Part shown: one piece after another, positions 9,337-19,345 of the stretch
How positions within the stretch are numbered: position 1 is the stretch's first letter
Layout of the letters: each line of letters opens with the position of its first letter
Virus record (IMG/VR): IMGVR_UViG_3300049144_000024
Coordinates: 1-40,824 of that record
Direction: 5' to 3' (one strand)
Length of the DNA stretch: 40,824 nucleotides
Origin: a virus
Lineage: Duplodnaviria; Caudoviricetes
Notes under the pieces: generated by a model
What the model saw: the letters and a program-made list of their open reading frames with translations, nothing else
Told to the model about the DNA's origin: nothing
Databases searched by the model: none
Translations under genes and position numbers: made by a program

Positions 9337-10530
9337 TTAGGCGTTGTAGTTGAAGACCTCGCGAGTGTCGCCGAAGGGCAGCTTGTAGCCGCTCGTCTCG
9401 GTCATCACGTAGGTGATCGACTGGTTGGTGATCGAACGCTCGGACTCGTTGATGAGCGAGCCGGCCTCGATCAGCTCTTCCAGGGTCTCGCCCTTGTTGA
9501 TGCCGATGAGCTGCTTCGCCGGGGCGTTGGACGCCAGGGCGAAGTTGACCGGGGTGTTGGCCACGGGCAGCTTGCCGCCGAGGCCGACGCCGGCCTTCGC
9601 CATCTTCTGCACCGCCGTCTCCGCATCACCACCGCCGTTGAGCGCCGGCACCGCGAAGAGGAACAGCCACTGGAGGTACGAATCCCAGTTGCCGATCACG
9701 GTGTCGACCGGCACGCCCTTCTCGGCGCGCTTCACCAGCCACGCGAGGAAGTGGGTGTACGAGATCTCGCCAGCGACCGGGGTGCCACGGCCGGCGAAGT
9801 CCGTCTGCTTGACCACAGCGGCCGGCTCATGGACGCCGTCGCCGTTGAGGATCGTCTCGACGGCCAGATGCACCTTCGACTTCTCCAGCTCGCGCTTGGT
9901 ACGGTTCGCGTACGGCGTGAGGATGTCGAGGCGAGCCCGACGCGAGAACTCGTAGGAGAGCCGGTAGCCCATGCCGTGCTTCGCCATGCCGACCGCGCTC
10001 TGCGAGGTGCGGATGGAGTAGACCGGGATGTTCGCCAGCTCTGCGATGGCGCGGGCGTTCTGGTAGTCCTTCTGGCTGTCAGGAACCACCGTGGAGATCA
10101 GCTCCGTGCCGGCGATCGTGCGCGAGGTCGCGACGATGGCGGCGGTCGACTCCAGGACGTCCTGGCGGTAGTTCCAGCGCACCATGTCGTCCACCACTTC
10201 GGGGAACATGGCGCGGGTGCCGGGGAACTTCTGGAAGGTGTCCGACGCCAGGTCGAGGCTGACGCCCGACTCGAAGTCGTCCTTCACCGGCAGGCCGAGG
10301 TAGGACAGAGCGGCCTCATAGCCGGTCATGCCCCGGAAGTCCTCGGACTTCGAGGTGTCGATCGACAGGCGCAGGAAGTCGCGCATGTCGAGACCGAACT
10401 CGCGGGCCTGCGAGATCAGGTCCTTACCAGCCTGCTCGGACTGACCCGAGGAGTTGGCGCGAAGATCCTTGAGCAGCTCCTCCGGGGAGCCGACCCGCTT
10501 GATCTCCGTCAGGGGGCGAACATTGGACAT
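9337..10530 (-). CDS. Major capsid protein
   Basis: 397 aa; strong codon bias; portal-protease-decoration-capsid order; followed by a hairpin. Confidence 0.85.
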   Translation of the reverse strand: MSNVRPLTEIKRVGSPEELLKDLRANSSGQSEQAGKDLISQAREFGLDMRDFLRLSIDTSKSEDFRGMTGYEAALSYLGLPVKDDFESGVSLDLASDTFQKFPGTRAMFPEVVDDMVRWNYRQDVLESTAAIVATSRTIAGTELISTVVPDSQKDYQNARAIAELANIPVYSIRTSQSAVGMAKHGMGYRLSYEFSRRARLDILTPYANRTKRELEKSKVHLAVETILNGDGVHEPAAVVKQTDFAGRGTPVAGEISYTHFLAWLVKRAEKGVPVDTVIGNWDSYLQWLFLFAVPALNGGGDAETAVQKMAKAGVGLGGKLPVANTPVNFALASNAPAKQLIGINKGETLEELIEAGSLINESERSITNQSITYVMTETSGYKLPFGDTREVFNYNA

Positions 10531-10554
10531 GGGTGTGCTTTCTCCCGTGAGGAA

Positions 10555-10944
10555 TTAGACCTTGACCACGACGGCGTAACCGTCACGGATCTCGGCAACG
10601 AAGTTGACGGAATGGTTGGCAGTCGTGGCCTTCTTGACCTCGCCGCCACCGGCACCGACAGCGGTGTCGCCGACTGCGATCGTGTCAGCAGCCTTGATCT
10701 TGAGGCGCTGCGCGAACTTCAGCTCCACAGCACCGGTGCTGCGGTTCGGAAGGTCGACGGAAGCGAGCACGCCGAGGATGGCATCACCATCGGCGGCGAT
10801 CTTCACCTGGTTCGGCGCGGACGTGTCGAGCGACACGGGCTTGCCGACGTCGGCGGCGACGATCCCTGCGGCCAGCTTGAAAGTCAGAATGAACTTTTCG
10901 AAGTGGTAGCCGTCCAGGGAGACATTGTTATGGAACGAAGCCAT
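10555..10944 (-). CDS. Capsid decoration/cement protein
   Basis: 129 aa, Ala/Gly/Val-rich (VKIAADGDAILG; IAVGDTAVGAGGG); between scaffold and capsid genes. Confidence 0.65.
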   Translation of the reverse strand: MASFHNNVSLDGYHFEKFILTFKLAAGIVAADVGKPVSLDTSAPNQVKIAADGDAILGVLASVDLPNRSTGAVELKFAQRLKIKAADTIAVGDTAVGAGGGEVKKATTANHSVNFVAEIRDGYAVVVKV

Positions 10945-10963
10945 GTTTCAGTGACCCTTGTGG

Positions 10964-12049
10964 TTAGCGGACGCGAAATGCCTTGGACGGCACGCGGGCG
11001 GGGAGCTGGTCGCCTTGGCCGCCATCTGCCTGGAGGCCTTTGCCGCCAGCGTTGACGGAGAGGTTCGCAGCCTTCTCCTTCACGAAGGACACCAGCTCTT
11101 CCGGTGCCTCAGGAAGCTTGGCATCGACGACGCCGGTCTTTGCGACCACGAACTGCGCGACGTCCTTGAGCGAAGCGTTGGCCGCATCGAGCTGCTCCTT
11201 CGAGGGAGCGGCGGCAGCAGCGGCTTCGAGAGAAGTGACCTTCTCGTTGGCTGCAGCGAGCTGTGCGGTGAGCGCCTCGACTTGCGAGGTGAGGTCGGTG
11301 ATCTTGGCGTCCTTCGTGAGGCCTTCGGCCTTAACAGACGTCAGATCCTCGACGAGTTTCGACAGATCCATGTTGGTGGTCTCCAGGTCTTTCGATCCGA
11401 GGGTGAGGGTGAGAGAAGGGGCCTGCTGGCCGCTTGCAGCGAGCTTGATGTCCCCGTTGCCGAGGATCTTCGCGCCTTGGATTCCGCCTTGACCGACGAG
11501 GCTCATTTCGAACCAGCGATCGAGGTCGGAGAGGATGACGTGTGCGCCGTCCTTGCCCATGACGTTCCCGTCCGGATCGGTACCGCTCCAGATGTTTTCG
11601 TAGGACGCATCGGGGCCGAAGAAGTCGAAGCCGCTCTTGTTCGAGATGGCCTTCTTCGCAAGGACGGAGACAGAGACCTGATCGACAGTGCCGTTGTTGA
11701 CGAGATCAACGTACTTCTGGCCGACCGACTTATCGACCCAGAACAGGACCTGCAGTTCGGAGTGACCGGGATTGTCGACCACATCGCCCGCGAAAACGCG
11801 GCCGATCGGGAGGGTCTCGGTGTCGTGCATGATCTGGAGCGGACGGCTCTCGCGAGCGAGATCACCGGCCATCTGCTCCAGGAAAGAACGGGGATGCACC
11901 GCGCCCAGGTAGAGCGGATGCTTCTTGCGGACCGGGAGCGTGTTGATCGCGGTGGCTGCGAACACCGCCAGGTTGGCGGGATCGATGTCATCACCGGCTG
12001 CGGCCTTCAGCTTTGCAAGAATGGCGTCGGTGACTTTGATCTGCTTCAT
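10964..12049 (-). CDS. Prohead protease with C-terminal scaffold
   Basis: LQIMHDTETLPIGR, QVSVS and EMSLV protease-like motifs, then a coiled-coil C-terminus. Confidence 0.75.
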   Translation of the reverse strand: MKQIKVTDAILAKLKAAAGDDIDPANLAVFAATAINTLPVRKKHPLYLGAVHPRSFLEQMAGDLARESRPLQIMHDTETLPIGRVFAGDVVDNPGHSELQVLFWVDKSVGQKYVDLVNNGTVDQVSVSVLAKKAISNKSGFDFFGPDASYENIWSGTDPDGNVMGKDGAHVILSDLDRWFEMSLVGQGGIQGAKILGNGDIKLAASGQQAPSLTLTLGSKDLETTNMDLSKLVEDLTSVKAEGLTKDAKITDLTSQVEALTAQLAAANEKVTSLEAAAAAAPSKEQLDAANASLKDVAQFVVAKTGVVDAKLPEAPEELVSFVKEKAANLSVNAGGKGLQADGGQGDQLPARVPSKAFRVR

Positions 12050-12112
12050 CGCTCGGATCTGCGTGGTGACAGACGTGAGGTAAGCTGAGCGTGATAAGGC
12101 TTCAAGAAAATG

Positions 12113-12131
12113 ACCACTTGATTCAAGTGGT
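12113..12131. promoter_or_regulatory. 19 bp palindrome, candidate operator
   Basis: ACCACTTGA-T-TCAAGTGGT in the portal-protease spacer. Confidence 0.5.
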
Positions 12132-12144
12132 TTTAGATGACTAT

Positions 12145-13683
12145 TCAGTCTTCAGCGAGCTGTGAGGCCAGCAATTCGAGAGCTAGCTTTGCCGACGACT
12201 TGTCAGACGGCTTGCTCTTCTTCGGGTTGGCCTTGGTCTGCTTCGTCTTGTCGGGCGAGATGGAGCGACCGAGGGGATCCGAGTTCGTGCTGACGTCGGC
12301 CGGGTCGGTGCCGCCTTCGCCGCCCTGGACCGGCGTGAGGAAGTTGGTGCCCGAGAGCTTGGGAGCGCCCGTGTTCGGCAGACGGCCATACATTTCGAGG
12401 GTGTATTCCTCGTCCGTGATGATGCCGTCCGAGAGATCCTGACGGAGCCGCTGCGCCTTCAGGGTGCGCTGGGGCTCCAGCTCGGTGTCCGGGCGCAGCT
12501 CGGCGGGGCGGAACACCACCTTGGCGAAGCCCTGGAAGCCCGACATGTGCAGGCAGTAGGAGAAGAGCCGGCTGTAGAGGTCGGCGATCGGCTTGTTCAG
12601 CTCGTCGGAGAACATCGCCATCAGGCGCGCTTCGACGGAGCCGGTGTTCACGCCGGCCGCGCCACGGCCCAGGATCGTCGCCATCGTCTTGAGGGCGGCC
12701 TGGTTCTGGGCGTTGAGGGTCTCGATGATCGAGGTGACGTCGATCGACGCGCCGGGATTGCGCGCGTTCAGCACGCTGACCTCGACGGCGTCGGTGTGAA
12801 TCAGGGTCTGGTCGACGCGGATCGAGGCGAAGTTCGACTGGATCTCGGCGAGGCGCTCGTTGACCCAGGCCTTGAGCTTCGAGGCGTCGGAGCGCACGTC
12901 GGCCGGGGCGTTCTTGAGCAGAACCTCCTCGACGACCTTGACCTCCATGCGCGGGTAGCCCGTGAAGCGCATGATGCGGTAGAGGTCGTTGATGACCTGC
13001 TGACGGGCCGCGATGGTGTTGATCGCCGAGACAAACGGGGAGTTCGTGTAAATCTGGGTGGGGTCGCGCCGGTAGAACGACACGAAGAAGGTCGGCTGAT
13101 CGAGCATCACCGGGTCGGAGACGCCCGGGACGACCTGTCCGGGCTTGTAGAGACCCGGCTGCTTCTCGAACCAGCGGATCGAGGCGAGGTCGATGTTGCG
13201 CAGCTGATCGGGAGCGCCGGCCTTGTCGCTGATCAGCTCGACGCCGATGCCGCCCCGCATGAGGAGCATGTAGCGCAGGTCGGTCGAGATCTGCTCGATC
13301 GACTGCTTGAGTTGGAATCCGAGGGAGTAGTCGACCTGGGCGGTGAGGCGGGTCACGAGCTGGTGCAGCGAGCGGCTCGCCTCCGGGTCGACGTTGCCTT
13401 CCAGATCCTCGGCCCAGCACACCATCTCGGTGTTGGCCAGCGTCAGGTAGCCGTTGAACGCCGAGGAGACGTCCGGGTCCTGCTGCGCCAGCTGCTTCAT
13501 CAGCGTCTGGGCGTTGTCGGCCTGGCGGGAGGTGAAGATGTCCTGCAGGTGGTCCAGATAGGTCGGGACCGTCAGGACCTCGTTGGCCTGCTGCGGATTG
13601 TAGGTTGGAGTGGCACTAGCACCCCCGGCTCGGAGCTTCTTTTTGGGATTTACGATATTAAGAAGGCCGTCGAATAGGGCCAC
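12145..13683 (-). CDS. Portal protein
   Basis: 512 aa, directly downstream of the terminase with overlapping stop/start. Confidence 0.82.
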   Translation of the reverse strand: MALFDGLLNIVNPKKKLRAGGASATPTYNPQQANEVLTVPTYLDHLQDIFTSRQADNAQTLMKQLAQQDPDVSSAFNGYLTLANTEMVCWAEDLEGNVDPEASRSLHQLVTRLTAQVDYSLGFQLKQSIEQISTDLRYMLLMRGGIGVELISDKAGAPDQLRNIDLASIRWFEKQPGLYKPGQVVPGVSDPVMLDQPTFFVSFYRRDPTQIYTNSPFVSAINTIAARQQVINDLYRIMRFTGYPRMEVKVVEEVLLKNAPADVRSDASKLKAWVNERLAEIQSNFASIRVDQTLIHTDAVEVSVLNARNPGASIDVTSIIETLNAQNQAALKTMATILGRGAAGVNTGSVEARLMAMFSDELNKPIADLYSRLFSYCLHMSGFQGFAKVVFRPAELRPDTELEPQRTLKAQRLRQDLSDGIITDEEYTLEMYGRLPNTGAPKLSGTNFLTPVQGGEGGTDPADVSTNSDPLGRSISPDKTKQTKANPKKSKPSDKSSAKLALELLASQLAED

Positions 13684-15407
13684 TACCCAAGCACTCCGAG
13701 TGTGTCTGCGCCTTTATGTAAGTTGTCGTTCCGCCCGTTCAAGACTTCGCCGCCCATGAGCAGGACGCTTGATCTTTGGTCAGCTCCGGAATTGTAGTCC
13801 TGGGCCGCCTTTACACGCACGCCGAGCTGCAGATAGCCCAGCGAATGCAGGTAGTGGTCGTTACCGTTGATCTTCTGCCACTGGGGCGGGGTGTCCGCCT
13901 GCTCGACGCGGATCATGTCACGCATGTGGGTGATGATCAGGGTCTGCTGCTCGCCGTAGCCGGTGAAGGACCAGATGCGGTTGCGGGTCGCTTTGGAGAC
14001 CACGTCGATCGCCTTGGTGCGGTTGGCCACGTAGTGGGTGATATTATCGAACTCGTCCTTCTTCTCGACCAGGGCGGCGGCGGTCGGCACCGTCGCGTAC
14101 TGGATCGGCATGATCTTGCCCTGGTGGCCCTCGATGTCGCGGATCTCCTCGGCGAGGTTGGTGTAGGGGAACATGTCCATCGCGCCGCCGACGATCCGCA
14201 TCGTGTTCAGCCGGCCCTTCACGAACTCGACCAGCTCGCCCTGCGGGACCTGGTGCCACTCGAAGATGTGGTCCGGGGTGCCGATGGTGACGTGGCAGGT
14301 CAGGCCGGCGTCGATGCCGATGAACAGGCCGCCGTAGGGGTAGGGATCCGGAGCGCCCGGACCCTTCATGCAGTGGCGGATGTCCTCTTCCGAGATGCGG
14401 GCGTTGGCGTCGTTGTAGGCCTCGCCGATGACGGTGTTGTGCCAGCCCTTCATGTTGTCGGCGCGCTGGTACTCCTTCAGCTGGCCGAGGATGTAGGGGA
14501 TGGTGATATTGGCCACCGAGAAGCAGCGGACGCGGTAGCCGCGCGATTTGCGCGCCGGGAAGAGGGCGTTCCACTCGCGCAGGGACGGGTCGGTCAGGTC
14601 GACCGGCTTCGAGCACTTCTCGCAGCGGACGTGGCAGGCCTCGAAGTCGATGAGGTCGATGTCCTCGGAGGTCAGCTTCGACAAGTCCTCGACGTCCTTG
14701 GTCAGACCGGGCAGGCAGACGAAGCGGGGCTCGAAGGTCGGGATCTGCCAGTGGTTGCAGCTCGGGCACCGGTAGAAATACTCATGTTGGTCCGAGATGT
14801 TGTAGGCGGCGTCGATGCCGTAGCCGTAATAGGTCGGGGTCGAGAACCGCTGACGGATCTTCCACTTCGAGCCCTGCAGACGTGAGCCGAAGAGGGCGAG
14901 CATGGACTGGTCGGCGAGATCGACCTCGTCCGAGAAGTGGACGTCGGCCGAGATCGAGGTGGCCTCGCCCTCGGTCGCGCCCGTGATGTAGCCGAAGCTC
15001 TGGTCGACCTGGTACAGGTCCTTGCGTCGGACGGGCTTGTCGACCATCGGGCCGTTGAAGATCGGGTCGCTCTCGATCATCGTCTTGATGCGGGTGACCG
15101 AGATACGATCGCGCATCGGCTGGTTGGGCATCGAGAAGATGCCGGCGGTGCCGACGTTGCGCTTGAGGAAGCCGAAGAACTTGCGGAACTGAATCTCCGA
15201 CAGGCCGATCTGGGAGAGCTTGATGCAGCTCAGATCGGGGTGCATGTCGTCGGCGATCTGCTTCTGGAACTCGTAGCCCTTGAAGGAGAACGGCCGGTTG
15301 CGGAGCTTGGTGTTCCGGGTGAGCCACTCCGACATCGTCATCTGCGACGAGTCGTCGGGGAAGCGTTGATCCAGTCCTGAGATGAACTCGGCGAGGAGAC
15401 GGCTCAT
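13683..15407 (-). CDS. terL: Terminase large subunit, GpA-like
   Basis: KLSQIGLSE Walker-A-like, FSDEVD Walker B, STPT motif, CPSC/CEKC zinc motif, IGIDAG nuclease Asp, NDHYLHS. Confidence 0.92.
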   Translation of the reverse strand: MSRLLAEFISGLDQRFPDDSSQMTMSEWLTRNTKLRNRPFSFKGYEFQKQIADDMHPDLSCIKLSQIGLSEIQFRKFFGFLKRNVGTAGIFSMPNQPMRDRISVTRIKTMIESDPIFNGPMVDKPVRRKDLYQVDQSFGYITGATEGEATSISADVHFSDEVDLADQSMLALFGSRLQGSKWKIRQRFSTPTYYGYGIDAAYNISDQHEYFYRCPSCNHWQIPTFEPRFVCLPGLTKDVEDLSKLTSEDIDLIDFEACHVRCEKCSKPVDLTDPSLREWNALFPARKSRGYRVRCFSVANITIPYILGQLKEYQRADNMKGWHNTVIGEAYNDANARISEEDIRHCMKGPGAPDPYPYGGLFIGIDAGLTCHVTIGTPDHIFEWHQVPQGELVEFVKGRLNTMRIVGGAMDMFPYTNLAEEIRDIEGHQGKIMPIQYATVPTAAALVEKKDEFDNITHYVANRTKAIDVVSKATRNRIWSFTGYGEQQTLIITHMRDMIRVEQADTPPQWQKINGNDHYLHSLGYLQLGVRVKAAQDYNSGADQRSSVLLMGGEVLNGRNDNLHKGADTLGVLG

Positions 15408-15625
15408 GATACAGGGACGACCGTGAGCTGAACCAGGCGGATTTCGGCGGGGCCGTCGTGACCGTAGTAAGTGTCGTGGTGCGTCTTCGCCTTCTCCACG
15501 GTCTTGCGGTTCTTGTAGATCACGGCCTGCTGGAGGTCCGGATGGTACATGCCGCCCTGGGCGCTGTAGCCCCGGTTCTCACCAGGACACCAGAGCGCGA
15601 ACATGAGTGCAACTTGGTCGCTCAT
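15404..15625 (-). CDS. Hypothetical protein, 73 aa
   Basis: ATGA overlap with terL. Confidence 0.65.
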   Translation of the reverse strand: MSDQVALMFALWCPGENRGYSAQGGMYHPDLQQAVIYKNRKTVEKAKTHHDTYYGHDGPAEIRLVQLTVVPVS

Positions 15626-15738
15626 CAGTCGTGGATGCTCTCGGCCGAACGCGGATTGTCGGTGATGCGACGGCTCTGAGGCTGGGGCCGGGGCTTCGCC
15701 TTCAGGAGGCCGAGGAGGAAGAGGATCTGGGCGATCAT
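15625..15738 (-). CDS. Small hypothetical protein, 37 aa (MIAQILFLLGLLKAKPRP...)
   Basis: Not in the track; ATGA and TGATG overlaps with both neighbours. Confidence 0.6.
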   Translation of the reverse strand: MIAQILFLLGLLKAKPRPQPQSRRITDNPRSAESIHD

Positions 15739-15986
15739 TGGGGATCCGCGAAGGTCAGGGTGTGGGGGCCGTCGATCGGCTTGGCGAAGTCAGGGTGCTC
15801 CCAGGTGCGCTCGTCGGTGCTCGGCAGGTTGCGCCATGCCTCCCACTCGGCCCGGTTCTGTTCCGGCACCAAGTACCAGTGGCTGTCGTCGTCCTGCGCG
15901 AGGAAGTAGCGGGGCTGCAGGCGGCCGGTAATCGTGCCGGTCGCGAGCAGGCCGCCCGTGAAGATGAGCGGTTCAGCCCCAGGCAT
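15735..15986 (-). CDS. Hypothetical protein, 83 aa
   Basis: Coding-like codon use; RYFLAQDDDSHWYLVP segment. Confidence 0.65.
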   Translation of the reverse strand: MPGAEPLIFTGGLLATGTITGRLQPRYFLAQDDDSHWYLVPEQNRAEWEAWRNLPSTDERTWEHPDFAKPIDGPHTLTFADPQ

Positions 15987-16182
15987 GTTCGGCCACCCGC
16001 ACAGGAACCTTGATGAAAGCGTCGGCGAACTGCTTGGCGTCCTTCTCGCGGGCGAAGCGGAAGGCGCAGAGGTCGTCGGTCGACCATCCGGGCTTGACCC
16101 CGACGATCGAGAAGTACCACGGAGCCGAGGCAGGGCTGCTGCCCATCTCGATCACCCAGCCATATTCAGGTTTCTCGCCCAT
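15973..16182 (-). CDS. Hypothetical protein, 69 aa
   Basis: GGAGG upstream; first gene of the leftward operon. Confidence 0.65.
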   Translation of the reverse strand: MGEKPEYGWVIEMGSSPASAPWYFSIVGVKPGWSTDDLCAFRFAREKDAKQFADAFIKVPVRVAEHAWG

Positions 16183-16320
16183 GCAATGCCTCCGTCGCGA
16201 CTGGTTTTAGGTGGGGATGTGCTAGTAAAAGCGCAATATACCTAGGGATGTTCGGCGTCGGTCCCATTGTTTGGGCAGGATATGCTTCCAACTATACGTA
16301 TCCCAAGCACAGGAATACGT
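16183..16320. promoter_or_regulatory. Divergent control region between the virion and replication operons
   Basis: Lower-GC spacer between divergent starts; contains CCTAGGGATGTTC and two ATACGTAT. Confidence 0.6.
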
Positions 16321-16815
16321 ATGACGACGAACCGAGTTTTTCCGTCCTTGCCAGACGGTCTGGAGCAGCGCCTGGGCGCAGTCCAGATGATGGCAAAGGG
16401 CGATCCGGGCTACTTCGACGACCCGAAATGCCCGTTTTCACCCGGCCTGAAGGCCCTCCTGAAGCAGATGCTGGCCGATCCGGTGGCCGCCGTCCCGGTC
16501 AAGATCTTCGAGGGGGACGATCAGAAGGACGTCGACGCCGTCCTCGGCGAGGTCCAGTCGGCGATCGAGGAGTTCAAGCTGATCGAGGGCTCGCTGGGCC
16601 AGGCCGAGGTCGGAGAGCGGATCCAGGCGGTGAAAGCGAAGACAACACTGCTCGAAAAGTGGGTTTCGCTGAAAGAAAAGCTCTACAACATGCGGGAACA
16701 CAGCGTTTTCGTGACAACTGTACTGGCTTTCATGGACGAAATACTCACGAAAGACCAGCAACAGGAGTTCAAAAACAGGCTCCGCGGCGTCGAAATTGCA
16801 CAAATCAAGGGGTAA
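16321..16815 (+). CDS. Hypothetical helical protein, 164 aa (small terminase or regulator candidate)
   Basis: ATG after AGGA; abuts the primase gene; coiled-coil-like C-terminal half. Function is a guess. Confidence 0.7.
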   Translation: MTTNRVFPSLPDGLEQRLGAVQMMAKGDPGYFDDPKCPFSPGLKALLKQMLADPVAAVPVKIFEGDDQKDVDAVLGEVQSAIEEFKLIEGSLGQAEVGERIQAVKAKTTLLEKWVSLKEKLYNMREHSVFVTTVLAFMDEILTKDQQQEFKNRLRGVEIAQIKG

Positions 16816-19287
16816 ATGATGGGTATTTTCTCAGATTGGGCTGATCATTACTGGGACGCCGGCCTCCCCGTGATGCCGCTCCAGGTCAAGGACAAGCTGC
16901 CGGTCATCAAGGGCTGGCAGAACCTGCAGCGCCGGATGCCGACCTTCGAGGAGCGGGAGAGCTGGAAGCAGCACTACCCGAACGGCAATATCGGCCTGGC
17001 TCTCGGCCCGGAGAGCGGTCTGATCGCGTTCGACATCGACACCGACGACCCGGTCGTGCTCGGCGTGCTGGAGAAGGTCCTGCCGCCGTCGCCGTGGGAG
17101 CGCATCGGCGCGAAGGGCAAGGTGTGGATCTACAAGTTCGACGGCCAGCGCGCGTTCCGCATCCGCAAGCGCAACGCCGAGGGCAAGATCGAGGGCCTGA
17201 TCGACGTCCAGTCGACCGGCACCCAGATCGTCGTGCCGCCGTCGATCCACCCGAAGACCGGCCAGCCGTACTGGCAGAACTGCGACCTGACCGAGATCCT
17301 GGACCAGGTGCGCTCGCTGCCGTCGAACATCGAGGACGTCATCAAGGACGCCCTGAAGCAGGTCGGCATCGAGTGCTCCTCGGGCGAGGTCGGCGCGATC
17401 ACGAACTTCGTCTCGTCGGGCAACCGCGACAACACCATGGTGTCGGTCGCCGGCCTGTTCGCCCGCGACGTTCTGCGTGGCAACCGGACCCTGGAAGAGG
17501 TCACCCGCCACATGGTGGCCTGGGTCGAGAACTTCACCGCGCAGGTCCACGGCGACAGCCTGGATCCGCAGAAGGGCGTCTCGAAGGTCATCGAGTTCCT
17601 GACCCGCGACGTGAAGGGTAAGGGCAAGGCGCTCCCGCGTGGCTGGGACGAGGGCCTGACCGACGAGCAGAAGAAGAAGCTCGGGCTCGACTTTTTCACC
17701 GAGGACGACGAGCGGTGGAGCCACACCCAGATCATCACCGAGTTCGACGGCCAGCTGGAGAAGGTCGGCATCAAGGACAACGAGGAGCAGTTCCTGACGC
17801 TGGCCAAGCGCACGATCCAGCGCATCGCTAACAACCGCGAGCTGGACAACGTCGATGAGGACCGGCTCGTGAGGCATATTGCCGACGTGTCGGGCAAGCG
17901 GCTGACGGTCGCGTCGATCCGCAAGATGATCGCCGAGATCCGCTCGGGCGAGATCAAGGGCACCGACCACAAGGAGATCGCGGAGGCCGTCCTCAAGGAC
18001 CTCGGCGAGCTGAGCGGCGAGATCCGCTGCTATCAGAGCAAGCTGTGGCAGTGGAACGGCTCGCACTGGGAGGAGATGAACGAGCAGCAGGTCCTGCAGT
18101 ACATCACCGCCGAGTATGGCCACCTCCAGGCGGCCAAGCGCGCCAACGACCACAAGGGCATCCTCACGACCATGAAGCAGCTCTGCTACGGCGAGCTGTG
18201 CAAGAACAAGGTCGAGGGCATCAACTTCGTCAACGGATTCCTCACCGAGGACCTGCAGCTGCGGGAGCATCACCCGGATTACGGCATGACGTACACCCTG
18301 CCGTACCCGTACCTCCCGGACGCCGCCGGCAAGTGCCAGAAGTGGGAGCAGATGCTCGCCGACTACTGGGGCGACGATGACGACTACGCCGACAAGGTCG
18401 AGGCGCTCCGCGAGGCCATGTGCGTGACCCTGTTCGGTCGGGCCGTGAAGTCGCAGCTCGCCTTCGTGCTGTTCGGCATCGCCCATTCCGGCAAGAGCCG
18501 GGTGCTGGAGATCATCCGGTCCCTGATGCCCGACAACTGCTCGACGGCCATTCCGCCCCAGATGTGGAACGACAAGTTCGCGCCGGCACAGCTGGCCGGC
18601 AAGCTGCTCAACATGGCGGGCGAGCTGTCGGAGCATCAGATGATCGACTCGGCGTCGTTCAAGCAGATCGTCGAGGGCGCGGAGATCTCGGCCCAGCACA
18701 AGAACCAGCCGATGTTCACCTTCCGGCCGGTGGCGGCGCACTGGTTCGCCACGAACCATCTGCCCCGGTCGCGGGACAGCTCGGAAGGGTTCACGCGCCG
18801 GTTCCTGTTCTTCACGTTCAACAAAAAGTTCCCGACCGAGCGCCGGGTGGAGGACTACGACAAGGTGGTGGTGGCCGAGGAGCGCGAGGCGATTGCCGCC
18901 TGGGCCGTGCAGGCGATGCTGACCCTGAAGGCGAACAAGGGCCGGATCACGGATCCCCGTTCGAGCCAGGAGCTGAGGGAGCGGCTGGAGAACCAGCTGA
19001 ACTCAGTCCGGTCTTTTCTCGCGGACCTTCAGGAGCAGAACCGGCTTCGCCTGGGGTCCAGTCAGACGGAGGAAGCCACGGTCTTCGACACCCTCTGGAC
19101 CGAGTACCGCTCGTACTGCGTGGCAAACGGTGTCTCGCCTGTTGGGTCGAAGAGTTTCGTGCAGCGAATGGAGCATCTGCAGGGAGTCTTCGGGTACCGG
19201 GTGGAGCGGGCCAAAACCAATCTGGGCTTCCTGACGACGCAATACCGATTCCTCACTCTTGTCCGGAACAACAAGGCGGCAGCGTGA
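16816..19287 (+). CDS. Bifunctional primase-polymerase fused to a P4/D5-type SF3 helicase
   Basis: NIGLALG...AFDID...VVPPSIHP prim-pol motifs; GNRDN (PriCT-like); GIAHSGKS Walker A; FATNHLP motif C. Confidence 0.92.
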   Translation: MMGIFSDWADHYWDAGLPVMPLQVKDKLPVIKGWQNLQRRMPTFEERESWKQHYPNGNIGLALGPESGLIAFDIDTDDPVVLGVLEKVLPPSPWERIGAKGKVWIYKFDGQRAFRIRKRNAEGKIEGLIDVQSTGTQIVVPPSIHPKTGQPYWQNCDLTEILDQVRSLPSNIEDVIKDALKQVGIECSSGEVGAITNFVSSGNRDNTMVSVAGLFARDVLRGNRTLEEVTRHMVAWVENFTAQVHGDSLDPQKGVSKVIEFLTRDVKGKGKALPRGWDEGLTDEQKKKLGLDFFTEDDERWSHTQIITEFDGQLEKVGIKDNEEQFLTLAKRTIQRIANNRELDNVDEDRLVRHIADVSGKRLTVASIRKMIAEIRSGEIKGTDHKEIAEAVLKDLGELSGEIRCYQSKLWQWNGSHWEEMNEQQVLQYITAEYGHLQAAKRANDHKGILTTMKQLCYGELCKNKVEGINFVNGFLTEDLQLREHHPDYGMTYTLPYPYLPDAAGKCQKWEQMLADYWGDDDDYADKVEALREAMCVTLFGRAVKSQLAFVLFGIAHSGKSRVLEIIRSLMPDNCSTAIPPQMWNDKFAPAQLAGKLLNMAGELSEHQMIDSASFKQIVEGAEISAQHKNQPMFTFRPVAAHWFATNHLPRSRDSSEGFTRRFLFFTFNKKFPTERRVEDYDKVVVAEEREAIAAWAVQAMLTLKANKGRITDPRSSQELRERLENQLNSVRSFLADLQEQNRLRLGSSQTEEATVFDTLWTEYRSYCVANGVSPVGSKSFVQRMEHLQGVFGYRVERAKTNLGFLTTQYRFLTLVRNNKAAA

Positions 19288-19345
19288 TGGTGCTGAGAGA
19301 GCAGGTGGTGAAGTGGCGATACGAGGCGAAGAAGGCGAGGGGAAA

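Noticed and set aside
9217-14885. Long plus-strand ORFs opposite the capsid, protease, portal and terminase genes
   Set aside because: Shadow ORFs; the minus-strand genes have motifs and correct synteny
16831-18759. 642 aa minus-strand ORF
   Set aside because: Shadow of the primase-helicase gene
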